Of a DNA stretch of 64,000 nucleotides, positions 1-11,735 are shown piece by piece. The notes under the pieces were generated by a model. The model worked only from the letters and a program-made list of their open reading frames with translations, ran no database searches and was not told the origin of the DNA. Within the stretch, counting starts at the first letter, position 1. Each line of letters opens with the position of its first letter. A program made the translations under genes and the position numbers. This DNA is from a virus (taxonomy: Duplodnaviria > Caudoviricetes): IMG/VR virus record IMGVR_UViG_3300011008_000034, positions 32,001-96,000 of that record; one strand, 5' to 3'.

Positions 1-15
1 ATATGTTACACCTCC

Positions 16-2481
16 TCAATAAACAATTTTTACAACAATAGGACCCTGATTGCCAAATGGTGCAGCTAATTCACAGTAATGGGGATTGGACATGTCAGTA
101 TAGAATACATTATTAGATACTTTAGTAGCTCCTTGAGAACCCATTACTTGAATAAAGCTTACATCAGCAAGATTATAACTTAAGAAATCTGCTGGTAAAT
201 TGGTATCATCGTAATCAATTTTTACTCTTGAACTAGAATCTACATCTGCAGCATCAAAATGAAATGTTAATGAATGAATAAAACCATTCTTTACAATTCT
301 TACAGTTCCAGCGGTTTTTGAAAATACTAGAGCATCTTCTTTATACGCATAATATTTACAATTTCCTGTTGGGTCTGTAAATTCTTGTAATTTATGTCCT
401 GCATTTTCAATTAAGCTGTCTACAGTTGTTTTATCATAAACATCTACTGTATCTGCTTTGTTTGCTAATAAGTTATTTGTTTCGGTTTTATTATAGATAT
501 CAGATTTTGTATAAACGTCTACAGAATCTGTTTTATTAGCGAGTAAGTTGTTAATTTCAGTTTGATTGTATGTTTCAGTTTTTAGATATACTAAATCTTT
601 TTGGATATAATTATTTAAATCTGGTTTATTAGTAATGTCATCCCAGTTTAAAGTAGTTGTATGATTAGTAGAAGATTCTAATTGGAATCCATTATTATTG
701 TAAACGTAAGTAGCAGAACCAGACCGTACACGAGAATCACCAGAAGCATCCTGAACAAAATATTCTTGACCGTCCTTTAGATTCATAAAGGGAATGGCAA
801 GTAAGTCTTCATATGTAGCTATAGTAGTGATTTCTTTATCTTCTAATACGCTATCTGGTAAGAATTGTTCAGGAATCTTTCCATTATTATCAAGTGGAAC
901 ATATCCATTAGCTACACCACGATTTGCGGAATTTTCAGGAGTATATCCGAGAGCATCTTGTTTTGCATTCCAAGCATTAATTTGAGATTCACTAACAAAT
1001 CTATGTACACTGTCTTCAATAATTTCAGCAGAAGAATGATTATGATTAACTAACGCTCTTTGGTCAAGTAAATCATTTACTTGTTGTTTTTGATAGAATA
1101 AATCTTTTGAATTAGTTAATGCATTATCAAATTTATTATCTACTTCAGACTTAGTATAAGTATCTAATTTATCAGCTTTTAAATCTAATTCAGAATGGAT
1201 TTGTGTATAATCTGCTTTTTTGGATAATTCTGAGTCAATATAATTTCTGGTATAAGTATTAGTAACTACGTTTTGTAATAATGTATCTACTTCTACTTTT
1301 TTATAGTAATCATCAAAATGAAGATTAGAGATAGCATCCCAATCTACTTGATTGAATTTATCATCTACATCAGTTTTCGTATAATAATCATTTAATAATG
1401 TATTAACTTCGTCTTTCGTATAAGTTTGAGAAGCATTGGCTTTTACTGATAAGAAGGAATCAATTTGAGACCGAGTATATGTATCAAGGATGCGATTATC
1501 TAATTCTGACTTGGTTACAAATATTGCGTTAATATCATCTTTGGAATAAGCAGATTCTACATCTAGTTTTAAGTCTAATTGGTTTTTTAGACTTTCATTT
1601 GTAACATACTTATTAGATAATTCTGTTTTGCTTACTTTTTCATTAATGGATAAATATAATGGGTCTGTAATTGAAACAGCTACTGGCGAATTTGGGTCAG
1701 TGGGTTCCTCACTTAACATAACATTGCCAAGCGAAGTGGCCGTAGCAATATTAGTTCGAGCATCATTATCAAAAGAATTCCAATTGCTACCGTCATTTGA
1801 ATATACCCATTTATCTAAATCTTCATTATACTTTATTCCTACTCTAGGCATTGAGCCACGATTAACGTAAATGCCGCAGTGTTCTACTGGAGTTCCAGTA
1901 TCTTCAGCATTTAATGTAAATGAAGCAGAATCCGTTCCAATGGAATTTGCTTTTGTAGCAATTAATGTTTTAGCTTCATCTAATGATAATTTATCATCTA
2001 AGATTGACTGTAAATCTGTGATTGCTTCAATTGTGTGACTGTTTTCTTTATTTCTATTTTGAAGTTCGTTATGATTTAATGGATATCCTCCAGCAGCATA
2101 TACTGGACGTGCATCATAAATCATATCATTTGTAATTACTTTTGTGGAAGATTTAATATACACAAAAGCAATTGGAAGTATATTCTGTCCAATATTTGGT
2201 ACTGAAGGATTATTATTGGATGGAACGCCATTTAATAATACAATCTTTCCTGCTTTATTTAATGCTACTAATACCCATTTTGCGCCTGAAGTAGGAGCGG
2301 TGATAACTGGGCTTTTTCCTCCAGCATATTCTATAAATTGAGAGTTGTTTATCCAAAACGAACCTTGTTTTATATTAATCGTCATATCAGGCGTGTTGTT
2401 CGCAGAAGGTTGGAACATTAATAACGCATAACTATCACGACGATATTCGTCTCCTTTTGGTGGACGGTTCATATGTTTCAC
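16..2481 (-). CDS. Virion structural / tail-fibre-like protein with YTKxEVD-type repeats
   Basis: 821 aa with many YTK(S/T/D)E(V/I)D/N repeats, an HRFVS..I..WN motif and a GVANGYVPLD..GKIP motif typical of phage tail/fibre proteins. Confidence 0.6.
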   Translation of the reverse strand: MKHMNRPPKGDEYRRDSYALLMFQPSANNTPDMTINIKQGSFWINNSQFIEYAGGKSPVITAPTSGAKWVLVALNKAGKIVLLNGVPSNNNPSVPNIGQNILPIAFVYIKSSTKVITNDMIYDARPVYAAGGYPLNHNELQNRNKENSHTIEAITDLQSILDDKLSLDEAKTLIATKANSIGTDSASFTLNAEDTGTPVEHCGIYVNRGSMPRVGIKYNEDLDKWVYSNDGSNWNSFDNDARTNIATATSLGNVMLSEEPTDPNSPVAVSITDPLYLSINEKVSKTELSNKYVTNESLKNQLDLKLDVESAYSKDDINAIFVTKSELDNRILDTYTRSQIDSFLSVKANASQTYTKDEVNTLLNDYYTKTDVDDKFNQVDWDAISNLHFDDYYKKVEVDTLLQNVVTNTYTRNYIDSELSKKADYTQIHSELDLKADKLDTYTKSEVDNKFDNALTNSKDLFYQKQQVNDLLDQRALVNHNHSSAEIIEDSVHRFVSESQINAWNAKQDALGYTPENSANRGVANGYVPLDNNGKIPEQFLPDSVLEDKEITTIATYEDLLAIPFMNLKDGQEYFVQDASGDSRVRSGSATYVYNNNGFQLESSTNHTTTLNWDDITNKPDLNNYIQKDLVYLKTETYNQTEINNLLANKTDSVDVYTKSDIYNKTETNNLLANKADTVDVYDKTTVDSLIENAGHKLQEFTDPTGNCKYYAYKEDALVFSKTAGTVRIVKNGFIHSLTFHFDAADVDSSSRVKIDYDDTNLPADFLSYNLADVSFIQVMGSQGATKVSNNVFYTDMSNPHYCELAAPFGNQGPIVVKIVY

Positions 2482-2811
2482 CTCATTTCATATTTAGTAT
2501 TTTTGCAAAAATAATAAATTAAATTTTTCTTCTAAAAATAAAATAAAAAATAAGTTTTGTTCTTATCTGAAAAAGGATGATAGATGTGTTTTTACAAAAC
2601 CTAGGATCAAGATTATTTCCTATTCATGTTGAGATTTTTCATAACATGCATTTAATTCAACATAATACATTGAATACTACTATTTTTACATTTTTTGCAT
2701 TTAATGAACGAAAAGGACAATATGATATTTTTTCATATAAAGGACAATGTTTTTCAGAATACAAAAAGCATTGCTTACGAGCTTGTATTTTTTTATAGGA
2801 GGGTGATGAAC

Positions 2812-3273
2812 ATGAAGATTAGAAATGATTTTGTGACGAATTCAAGTTCTAGTAGTTATATCATTACAACTAAATTAGATTTAGTTCCTAGGCCATTTTT
2901 AAAGTTAGATGATGTAAGCACCGAAGAAAACTTTATTAATTCTTTGTATAAAGTTGCATGTGTAGAATGCGGAAAACCATCTAATATATATGATAGCATA
3001 TTTGAAAAACATGGATTTAATGATATTCAGAAAAAAATTGCTTTATTATTAAGTGACGAATTCACAAATCGTAATTTTAATAGCGACAGTTACGGAACAA
3101 ATGAATATGCAAACATATTAGCAAACATGAATAATATATTAGGAGATTTAAGTGAAGAAGAAAAACACCGTCCTTTATATTTTACAGAAACTGTAGAGAA
3201 TTATGCTTTAGATAGAGTTCAATACATATTAGATGATAAATCTACGCGCATTATCTATAATTATAATCTGTAA
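2812..3273 (+). CDS. Hypothetical protein with N-terminal MKIRxDFVTNSSSSS motif
   Basis: AGGAGG RBS before ATG 2812; the recurrent phage/Firmicute motif KIRNDFVTNSSSSSYI. Confidence 0.7.
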   Translation: MKIRNDFVTNSSSSSYIITTKLDLVPRPFLKLDDVSTEENFINSLYKVACVECGKPSNIYDSIFEKHGFNDIQKKIALLLSDEFTNRNFNSDSYGTNEYANILANMNNILGDLSEEEKHRPLYFTETVENYALDRVQYILDDKSTRIIYNYNL

Positions 3274-3352
3274 TTTATTACCTTAATTTTTTTAACAATT
3301 ACTGCCTTTTTATTTTAAAAAGATATTTTTTATTTAAAAGGTGGTGATTTTT

Positions 3353-3541
3353 ATGAAGAAGGTGATTAGATATTTCCCAGGTATTCAACTGGAATTAAAT
3401 GAACAACAATTTATTATTAAAAAATATAATGAGGTTGATTGTTGGGATTTAAAAGATAATTTATTTTGTACTGTAATCGCCTCGAGTATTTTTGGAAAAA
3501 TTTTTGAATCTATGGTGAAAGAGATGTGTGAATGTGATTAG
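3353..3541 (+). CDS. Small hypothetical protein
   Basis: GGTG RBS; stop overlaps the start of nrdG. Confidence 0.5.
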   Translation: MKKVIRYFPGIQLELNEQQFIIKKYNEVDCWDLKDNLFCTVIASSIFGKIFESMVKEMCECD

Positions 3542-4013
3542 ATTTGCTGGTATAGAAGAAGAATCAACTGTTGATGGTGAGGGAATTCGTTTTGTATTAT
3601 TTTGTCAAGGATGCCCTCACCATTGTAAAGGATGCCATAATCCATCTACTTGGAGTTATGATAAAGGTGACTTTATATCTCCGGAAGAAATTTTATATAA
3701 AATGAAACAAAATGAATTATTAGACGGAATTACTTTGTCAGGTGGAGAACCTTTTGAGCAAGTTGATGAATTGTTACCATTACTAAAATTAATAACTCCT
3801 GAATATAATGTTTGGTCTTACTCAGGATATATATATGAAGATTTAATACAAGATACTAATAAAAAGAAATTATTGCAATACATTGATTATTTGATTGATG
3901 GTCCTTATATAGAAGATTTAAGAGATTTGACGTTACAATTTCGTGGGTCATTAAATCAAAGAATTATAAATGTACAAGAATCATTAAAACAAAATAAAGT
4001 CATGTTAAAATAG
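3528..4013 (+). CDS. nrdG: Anaerobic ribonucleotide reductase activating radical SAM protein
   Basis: DGEGIRFVLFCQGCPHHCKGCHNP, LSGGEPFEQ, DGPY and FRGSLNQRII motifs. Confidence 0.92.
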   Translation: MNVIRFAGIEEESTVDGEGIRFVLFCQGCPHHCKGCHNPSTWSYDKGDFISPEEILYKMKQNELLDGITLSGGEPFEQVDELLPLLKLITPEYNVWSYSGYIYEDLIQDTNKKKLLQYIDYLIDGPYIEDLRDLTLQFRGSLNQRIINVQESLKQNKVMLK

Positions 4014-4040
4014 ACCGAGAATATTCTCGGTCTATTTTTT
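4008..4040. terminator. Bidirectional intrinsic terminator
   Basis: AAATAGACCGAGAATATTCTCGGTCTATTTTTT inverted repeat between convergent genes. Confidence 0.8.
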
Positions 4041-4293
4041 ACCTTAATGTAATTGCTATTCCATTTTTATCTTGGACGATTAGATATTCTTTTCCCTTAT
4101 TACAATCTCTTAAGATTGTAACTTGAATATCATCATATGTTTCTGCTTTTTCTAAAATAATTTCATCTGTAGAAAATTTTTGAGAATGTACTTTTTTCTC
4201 TCCAATATTTAATAGCAGAGTAATGATAAAAATAGGGATTAAGAAACACTATATTCCTATTAAGATATTTAAGTTGTCCTTTACTTTTTTCAT
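4039..4293 (-). pseudogene. Small membrane-anchored protein (84 codons) with an in-frame TAG at codon 15
   Basis: ATG overlaps the dnaE stop; MKKVKDNLNILIGI*CFLIPIFIITLLLNIG...ILRDCNKGKEYLIVQDKNGIAITLR; TAG at 4249-4251. Confidence 0.55.
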
Positions 4294-5832
4294 TCATCTT
4301 CCCCCTCAAAATTTTTTTCATCAAATGGTTCTATTTCTAAATCTTTAGCAGAAATTCCACCAAATGATTTAGTACCAATAATCTTTAAAAGGCTTCCTTC
4401 TTCAAACAATGATAAATATTTTCCATTTCTATGACCTTCGTTATCAGCATACATATTTTTCCAAGCATAGATTTTTATTGTACCAAATTTTGTCAAGAAC
4501 CAAATATTGTACATAAAACTTTTTCCATTTTTAGTCGGTTTCTTAGTAATTTCATTTACTATTCCAATATAAGATAATCTTTGCCCATCAAAAGCTTCTT
4601 CTATAGGAATTTCTCCACTAGTACTATGACTTAATGCTGGATGAGGAATAAAAGAAATTTCAAACCGATTAATGTCTTTAATATATGCTTTGTATAAGGG
4701 TTCCACTTCATATGCAATTTCTCCAAAATGACCAAAAAATGCTTCTGTAAAATGATTAACTTGCCCCTGTTTTTGTTCTATTAATACACCAGTAGGCTTG
4801 ACTTTTACAGGATAAATATATTTGGATTCAAGTGTTAGATTAAATAATCCTAATTGACTTTCTTTTACAACAATATAATGTTCAAGAGATTTTTTGAATT
4901 TTAATTCAAATTGCTTATGCATGGTTTTATATGTTTTTAATTTGTCTTTTAATGATTTGATTTTTTCTTTTAACTTATCCAAATGAAGCTTTTCATTTTT
5001 TAATTTTGCATTACGTTTAGATAAAAATTTTCGAGTTTCTTCAGCATTGGATAAAATTTTACTTGCATTAGAATTAATATAATTAGCTGCAGTAATTTGT
5101 TCTTCTGTTTCTGGAACATATTTATCTTTACTAATAGCTCGAATCATTTCATCAAAAGCATTTCCTTTGTCAAATTTGATATTGAAATCATCTCTTTGCT
5201 GTTGAGTAATGTAATTAATATCTATAGCATAATTCTTTTCTGGTTTTTTATCAATAGATTCAATATAATATTTAAACCAGATTTCTTGTTTAGACCTGTC
5301 CATGAATATGTAATAATTTGATTCATCTTCAGTTTTTCTTAATTTATTATGATGTTTATATGAATTTGTTTTTAATGGTTTGATTCTTTCTAAAACCTTG
5401 AGCATGTCATCGTTTACTTCTTCTTTAGGAATCTCCAATGGAATTCCTTCAAAAGCCCCAATAGCAATACAAGCTTCTACATTCTTTTTATTTTTTCCTC
5501 CGCCTTCTACTCTATTATAAAAATCTTGAATGGATTTAAATGGTCCATCACTTTGAGCTTTTATAATTTCATCTACAGAAGTTTCTCCAACACCTTTTAC
5601 ACAATTTAATCCCATACGAACAGAATTAGTATCAATATTTTCAATTGTTGCAATAAATTTAGATTTAGAAATATTAGGTGGAAGAATGTTAATTTTAAAC
5701 CGTTCTGAAGTTGCTTCTTTAAAACAAATAGATAAATTACTAATCGCTTCAGCATTAAATAAATGAGTAAAAAAAACTAATGGATAATTAATTTTTATCC
5801 AGGCAGACCAAAATGATATATACGAATAACAT
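4290..5832 (-). CDS. dnaE: DNA polymerase III alpha, C-terminal gene, exon 2 (HhH and OB-fold region)
   Basis: After splicing reads FNKSHSI-CYSYISFWSAWIKINYP...ILPPNISKS...RMGLNCVKGVG...GPFKSIQDF; open frame to 4290. Confidence 0.9.
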
Positions 5833-6135
5833 CACTTAAAAAGTGGACTATCCCATCACCTAAACGGTGCCGATATTATAGTCTCTGAACGTCTAATCAA
5901 AATAATAGATTCATTATTTTGATTATTTCGATGCTGATTGGTTGTTGTTTATGATACTTAGCATTTTCAGCTTATATCCAAAATTTAATTTTTTCTGTCT
6001 TTCGACTGCGATTCACACTTATTTTTACAAATTATGTTGTAGCTTAAATTTTGTTCAACGTTCCCAGCAGTTTAATCGGTTTTTCATCCTATCTTTCGAT
6101 ATGAAGCCACATGTTTATACGAAACGTATACGTCT
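5833..6135 (-). ncRNA. Group I intron (303 nt, no ORF) in dnaE
   Basis: Core elements AACTGCTGGGAA (P), AATCAGCA (Q), GTTCAGAGACTA (R) and GGGATAGTCC (S). 5' exon ends in U (TCCAT) and the intron ends in G. IGS AACATGTGG pairs with both exons (P1 with U.G, P10 with ATGTT). Splicing restores the frame. Confidence 0.92.
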
Positions 6136-7460
6136 ATGGAATGTGATTTATTAAAGAGATATGCACTATTGTCAATAATCGCTTTTGTTACTTTTTGACA
6201 TGCTTCTTTTGGAATTCCATTTTCTAATCCAATTCGTTCAGCATTATCATAAAAGTACTGAGCTCTATCTTTATTTTTCTTTTTATCTGGTTTTTCCAAA
6301 GCACGACGATAAATATCACTTTCACCAAAAGAAATATTAAACAGAATTGATATTAGAGACATTACCTGTTCTTGATATACTATACCTCCCATTGTAGGAG
6401 CTAAAACATCATCAAAAGGTTTATATCCCATTAATCTGATTTTTTCAGGGTCTTTTTTTCCTTCTACATATTCATCTAATCCTGAAGTACCAGGACGAAT
6501 AAATGCATTTACAGCAGATAAAGATTCCATGTCTTGTGGCTGGATTTTTTTAATTACAGGCTGTGCTGCTGCGCCATCCATCTGAAAAATACCTTTTAAA
6601 TATGCAGCTTCACAAATAAAATCCCATGTTTTTTTATCATTTAATGGAATGGACATTTGTGTATAATTTTTATTGTAATATTGATTAATCATCTTTAATT
6701 CTTCGACAATAATATCAATATTCTTTAAACGCAATATATCGTATTTTATTCCACCTAATAAATCGACTTCTTCTTTACAATATTGAGAACAATCCCAAGT
6801 ATTCCCTGTATCAGTTGGTTTAGAAGATTTAACAGGAATAATATCTGTAACACTTAATTCATTTGGTAATACAACAATTCCTGCAGGATGCTGAGAAACA
6901 GACCGAGGTAAATTTGCAAATACTTTACTATATTTTAGAATGTCTGGATAACGATCAAAAAATTCTTTAATTTCAGGAATAACCAAAATATCATCAAACG
7001 TTTTCATATCATTTGTGATTAATTTAGTAATATTATTTGCTTCTTGCGGTTCAATTTCATATACTCTAGCTACATCCTTAATAACTGCTTTTATCTTTAA
7101 ATTTTGAAATGTAGCAATATTACAACAGTGCTCTCGTCCCCAACGTTGATTACAAAAATCATAAATTTCGTCAGACCGTTTATCAGAGAAGTCGTTGTCT
7201 ATATCTGGAATTACGAGGTGAGTTTCTCCCTGGTCGTCTTTATATGTTCTGGCAGGATTTAAAAATCTTTCAAACAAAAGCTGATATTCGATGGGATCAA
7301 CTTGAGTAATATCTAATGCATAATTCAATAATGACCCTGCACCTGAATTATGTACGATTAGTTTATCTACATTATAAGAATGTTGGTCTCGTACTTCTAA
7401 ATCATATATATCTCCTTTATAGTGAAAAATTTCTTTCTTTTTTATTCGCCTAAATTTCAC
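6136..7460 (-). CDS. dnaE: Split-intein C-part (38 aa) fused to DNA polymerase III alpha catalytic region, exon 1
   Basis: GTG start with GGAGG RBS; IYDLEV...IVHN|SGAGSLLNYALDITQVDP, LLFERFLNPAR, PDIDNDF, HPAGIV, KYDIL, GIFQ and VYQEQVM. Confidence 0.93.
7347..7460 (-). other. Split intein IntC
   Basis: Block F YDLEV, block G HN followed by +1 Ser. Confidence 0.92.
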
Positions 7461-7533
7461 GAGATATCCCTCCTTTTAATTTTATTTTAGAAAAAAAGAC
7501 TAAGATTTAATTTCTTAGTCTTAGATAAATGCA

Positions 7534-8950
7534 TTATTTACTTTTCAAATAAAAACCATTAAATGATTGGTTTGTATTAACAATTTTTTTATATGTTTTA
7601 TAAACAATTCCAAATAATGGATAAAGTAATTTTATGCAATTAAATTCTATTATGTATTCTCCATTTGTTAAAAATAAATCTATTGGCTTTACATTTTTTC
7701 GTATTTTACATTCAAATCGAAGATAAGTAAAATTTTCAAATCCTTTCAATTTATATGTATTTAAATCAAAATCATGAAATAAATCATCGTTATACAAATA
7801 TGTACAAATAAGATTGTTTTGTTTATCAAAGACTTTTGTTACTGTTTTATTTCTTTTTACATTTGCTAATTCTCTATATATACGATTACTTTTTAAAAAA
7901 TTTAATGTTTTTTGGGGAATGTTTTTTTCAGTACATTTTTTTACAACATTTATTCGTTCATCATGATTTAAATTTAATAAATTTATCTGTTTATTAAAAA
8001 TTACAACGTTAAATAAATCATAAAATTGTTGTTGACCAGCTGTTTTACATACAGAAAAGTTATTAAAATTCCGATAAAAAACAAGTTGAATTATTTTTGG
8101 AATATATAAATCTTGAGAAACATAGTTATCATTAAAAATGTGTTTATATTCATAATAAAATTTTATAAGATTAAAAAAAGAATTAAAACAATAAAGTATT
8201 TCTATATGATGATATTTATCATCACATAATTGTTTATGAACATTTCCCCATTGATAATGAACATGTGTTTTATTGTTTTTCAAATCAACGCACTTGTAAA
8301 TAAACCCTAAATAATCATTCGTCTTTTTTATATGTTTTGTTAATGGAACATTAAAAAAAATAACATCATTAAGAAAATTTTGATAAAAATTAATGCTATT
8401 TAAATCAAAAGGAATTAAATTTAATAAAATTTCCTCATTAATAAAACAAAATACCATGTTATGTTTTTTACAAAAAATTTGTGCCGCTTTTTTCTTTTTA
8501 TCAGAACTTGTACTTTCTTTTCCTTTAATTTCAAAAATTGTATTATTAATGATAAAGTCTGGATGAAAAGTTTTATTTTCATAAGAGATGTTTATGTCAC
8601 AACGTTTAACATTTAACTTGTTTTGATAACAAGAATATAAAAATGCTAACTCATAACTACTTTCAAATTTAATTCCATGATAAAATCCAGTTAAATTATT
8701 TTGATGGATATAACATTCTTGACAAACTTGTTCAAATTTTTTATGTTTTCTCTGCGTTAAAAAAGATACTGTTACATATTTTTCTTTATGACAATATTGA
8801 CATGTTATTTGTACTTTAATGCTTGAATTTTTTTTAAATTCATTCCTATAAGTTAAAAACATATCATAAATAATAAATCCATTTTTATCATAAAAAATAA
8901 AAATAAATTCTGGAATTTTATCTTTATAGTGGTTATTAAAAGTACTCATA
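7534..8950 (-). CDS. Putative homing endonuclease, PD-(D/E)XK (TnsA-N-like) with Zn-ribbon
   Basis: GIKFESSYELAFL...FHPDFIINNTIFEIKG; CxxC pairs; GAGGTG RBS before MSTF at 8950. Confidence 0.7.
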
Positions 8951-9017
8951 TTATCACCTCTTATTTTTTTATAAGAAAAAAGACTAAGTTTCGTTCTTAG
9001 TCTTATCGGTAAATGCA

Positions 9018-9320
9018 TTATTCTTCTTTATAATTATAAGCTTCGCTTGCTCCTTCAATATCTCCAGAATAATCAAGTAATTTATTTGAAATGGATAATA
9101 CATCTCTTACTGTTTCTTCTACATTTTCAGCCATAGAACCAAGATTATCATACCAACCTTGAAGTTGTTCATCACATTCTTGACCCATTTTATAAACAGG
9201 TCCACCTTTTTTTACTAAATCGTAAATATCTTCTAATTGATAAGCAATTTCTTCTAATTTTTGAGTATATTGAGGAAAATTATTTGCAGCTACTTTTTTT
9301 AATTTTGCCAATTTTATCAC
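9018..9320 (-). CDS. Hypothetical protein (basic N-terminus, acidic helical body)
   Basis: ORF with GGAG RBS; KLKKVAA N-terminus. Confidence 0.6.
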   Translation of the reverse strand: MIKLAKLKKVAANNFPQYTQKLEEIAYQLEDIYDLVKKGGPVYKMGQECDEQLQGWYDNLGSMAENVEETVRDVLSISNKLLDYSGDIEGASEAYNYKEE

Positions 9321-9395
9321 TCCTTTTATTTTTCTAAAATAAAATAGCTTATTTATGCAAAAACTATTTTATTTAAAAGAAAGGAGGCGAGAAAA

Positions 9396-9935
9396 ATGCC
9401 AAAAATTTTTATTAACCCTGGACATTCTCCAGATTTTAATAATGGCGGAGACCCTGGTGCAGTTTCTCCAAGAACTGGATTAAAAGAAGCTGAAGTGGCA
9501 TTAAAAGTTGGAACTTTAGTCAAACAATATCTTGAAGCAGTCGGTTATGAAGTATATTTACTTCAGAGTGATAGTTTAGGATATATTTGCAATGAATCTA
9601 ACAACTGGGATTCTGATTATTTTGTAAGCATCCATTGCAATGCAGCAGCGAATTACTCAGCTCGCGGAGCAGAAACCTGGGTATGTGCTGGTAGTGTAAA
9701 AGGTAGAAGATTAGGAGATGCGATTCAAAAACAAATTATTGATAATATTCCCATTACAGATAGAGGCATTAAAGTTTCCAGTGGATTATATGTATTAAAA
9801 AATACTGATTGTCCAGCGGTATTAGTTGAAATGGGATTTATAACAAATGAAACTGATGAACAGTTGTTGAGTGATAGTCATTATCAAGACGAATTTGCTA
9901 GATGTATAGCACGTGGTATAAGTGACGTACATTAA
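9396..9935 (+). CDS. N-acetylmuramoyl-L-alanine amidase (Amidase_3), probable endolysin
   Basis: INPGH, GLKE, FVSIHCNA, LYVLKNT..PAVLVEMGFITN. Confidence 0.92.
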   Translation: MPKIFINPGHSPDFNNGGDPGAVSPRTGLKEAEVALKVGTLVKQYLEAVGYEVYLLQSDSLGYICNESNNWDSDYFVSIHCNAAANYSARGAETWVCAGSVKGRRLGDAIQKQIIDNIPITDRGIKVSSGLYVLKNTDCPAVLVEMGFITNETDEQLLSDSHYQDEFARCIARGISDVH

Positions 9936-10030
9936 AAAGAGAGGATTTATTCCTCTCTTTTGATTAAAAATTAGGAGTATCACTCCCTGTATTTTATTTA
10001 TAAATAACAATATACAAGGAGTGATTTTTT

Positions 10031-10621
10031 ATGAATAAATTTTTAATAAAAAATCTCTATAAAAATAAATCTCCTATCCGGAGTAGAATTATAATAGCAA
10101 ATATATATAAAAAATTTGCAAACTTTTTAGATGATTTAAAAAAATTTAAGAAATTTGAAAAGTACTTTATAACAAAAGAAGATTCTGATAAATTAGTAGA
10201 AGAAAAAAAGAAAAATGAAGAAGGAATTTATGATAATGATTTAGAATGGTGGGAACCAACAGGCAAATTAGAAGAATTTTATATGGCTACTCATCCAGGA
10301 AATGGTGGATTAACGCCTTTATATGCGAAATGTCATATGATAGAATTTATACGTAGAGGAAATAGTTATCCAGCATGTTTAGCAGCATTATATAAATGTG
10401 ATGAAAATGGAAAAGAATCTGGTTCTATGATAGGTTATGAATGTTATGAAGATACTACTATAGCGCAAGGATTAAAAAACATGATAGATAAAGGCATGAA
10501 AGGTTGGGGAAAACAATATCATTGTTATGGAAATATTTATTATGATATAGAAGATTTGAAATTAATAGTAATAAAAGCATATGAACAAATTAATAAAGAT
10601 ATAAAAAAAGAGGAGAAATAA
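10031..10621 (+). CDS. Hypothetical protein
   Basis: 196-aa ORF; AGGAG RBS lies inside a hairpin; terminator follows. Confidence 0.65.
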   Translation: MNKFLIKNLYKNKSPIRSRIIIANIYKKFANFLDDLKKFKKFEKYFITKEDSDKLVEEKKKNEEGIYDNDLEWWEPTGKLEEFYMATHPGNGGLTPLYAKCHMIEFIRRGNSYPACLAALYKCDENGKESGSMIGYECYEDTTIAQGLKNMIDKGMKGWGKQYHCYGNIYYDIEDLKLIVIKAYEQINKDIKKEEK

Positions 10622-10642
10622 ATTCTCCTTTTTTATTAAAAA

Positions 10643-10674
10643 CTATTTACATTGGCAAAGAAATGTGTTATAAT
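10643..10674 (+). promoter_or_regulatory. Sigma70-type phage promoter CTATTTACA-N17-TATAAT
   Basis: TTTACA 10646-10651, 17-nt spacer, TGtTATAAT; one of about 12 copies in the window. Confidence 0.8.
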
Positions 10675-10705
10675 ATAATCAGGATAAGGAAAGGAGAAAA
10701 TATCA

Positions 10706-11239
10706 ATGAAAGAATTAACTAAACAGATGAAATCAGTTTTAAAAACTTTTGATATGCTTGACAATAGAGACATGACAATTAACGTTTATACAGATATAAA
10801 AAATGATGTAAAGGGATTTATACATTTCGCATATGTCCATTATGTCGGTAGTGGATTAAAAGATACATATAAAGCAAAACTTAAATCAGAATGTCATTCA
10901 TTTGACAATACTGCAGATTTAAATATTGAATTTTCTTCATATGAATCTAATGAAGATAGAATTGTTATTGATAAAACAAAAATGTTATCGCATCGACTTT
11001 TAAAAATAATTTTTTATATTCATGATCGTCAAAAAATGTATGATGTTTATGACATATTTATAAAATGGGGAAACAATCGTCAAAAACCCATAAAATATGA
11101 AGATACTGAAATGACCATGACTATTCCGCCTGATGATCCTAGCGATCCTAATTACAAAACGTACATGAAACAGTGGTTTAAATTTTGTGAAGAAAATCCC
11201 GAATGGATTCAGAAATTAAAAGAAGATGGAGTTATTTAA
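10706..11239 (+). CDS. Hypothetical protein
   Basis: 177-aa ORF with AAGGAG RBS after the promoter. Confidence 0.7.
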   Translation: MKELTKQMKSVLKTFDMLDNRDMTINVYTDIKNDVKGFIHFAYVHYVGSGLKDTYKAKLKSECHSFDNTADLNIEFSSYESNEDRIVIDKTKMLSHRLLKIIFYIHDRQKMYDVYDIFIKWGNNRQKPIKYEDTEMTMTIPPDDPSDPNYKTYMKQWFKFCEENPEWIQKLKEDGVI

Positions 11240-11255
11240 AAAGGAAGTGTGACAA

Positions 11256-11558
11256 ATGAGTGATACATTAGAAAAGTTCTTTGAAAAGTATGGCGACTTT
11301 GGCAAAACAGACAAATATTATGGTGATATGCATCAAGTTTTAGCTGGACAAATTTATGCTGGTGGTGTAGATAACAATCCCGGTAAGAAAACTGCATGGG
11401 GATTTGATAAACAAAAACCGAGTTTTGCAGGACGTAAAGACGTTGAAAAAGCAGCAAGAGAATATGCGGAAAGCAGACCTTGCATAACAAGAAAAGCAAC
11501 GTCTGAAGAACTCGCAGAACTCGATAAGTTATTAGCTAAAAAGCGACGTTATAAATGA
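11256..11558 (+). CDS. Hypothetical protein
   Basis: 100-aa ORF with RBS, co-transcribed with the previous gene. Confidence 0.65.
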   Translation: MSDTLEKFFEKYGDFGKTDKYYGDMHQVLAGQIYAGGVDNNPGKKTAWGFDKQKPSFAGRKDVEKAAREYAESRPCITRKATSEELAELDKLLAKKRRYK

Positions 11559-11735
11559 TTGAGCACTTTTGAGAATGAATTGTTTTATCCAATTAGAATA
11601 AAATAAACCCCATAAATCAGACAATAAGCTAATTTATGGGGAAAGGTGTATTGTGCCTTTTTTAGATTACAATTATGCAAAATACAAAATTATATAATAA
11701 AAAGACACGGTGAATAAAATGTTTTTGCATTTTAT

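Noticed and set aside
4290-5615. 441-aa ORF and 58430-58840 ORF as independent genes
   Set aside because: Both are 3' exons; their ORF-track starts are internal or intronic.
9330-9380. TTTTATTTWA as a late-promoter consensus before KRL genes and the amidase
   Set aside because: It recurs suggestively, but cannot be told from background by eye in such AT-rich DNA; needs TSS data.
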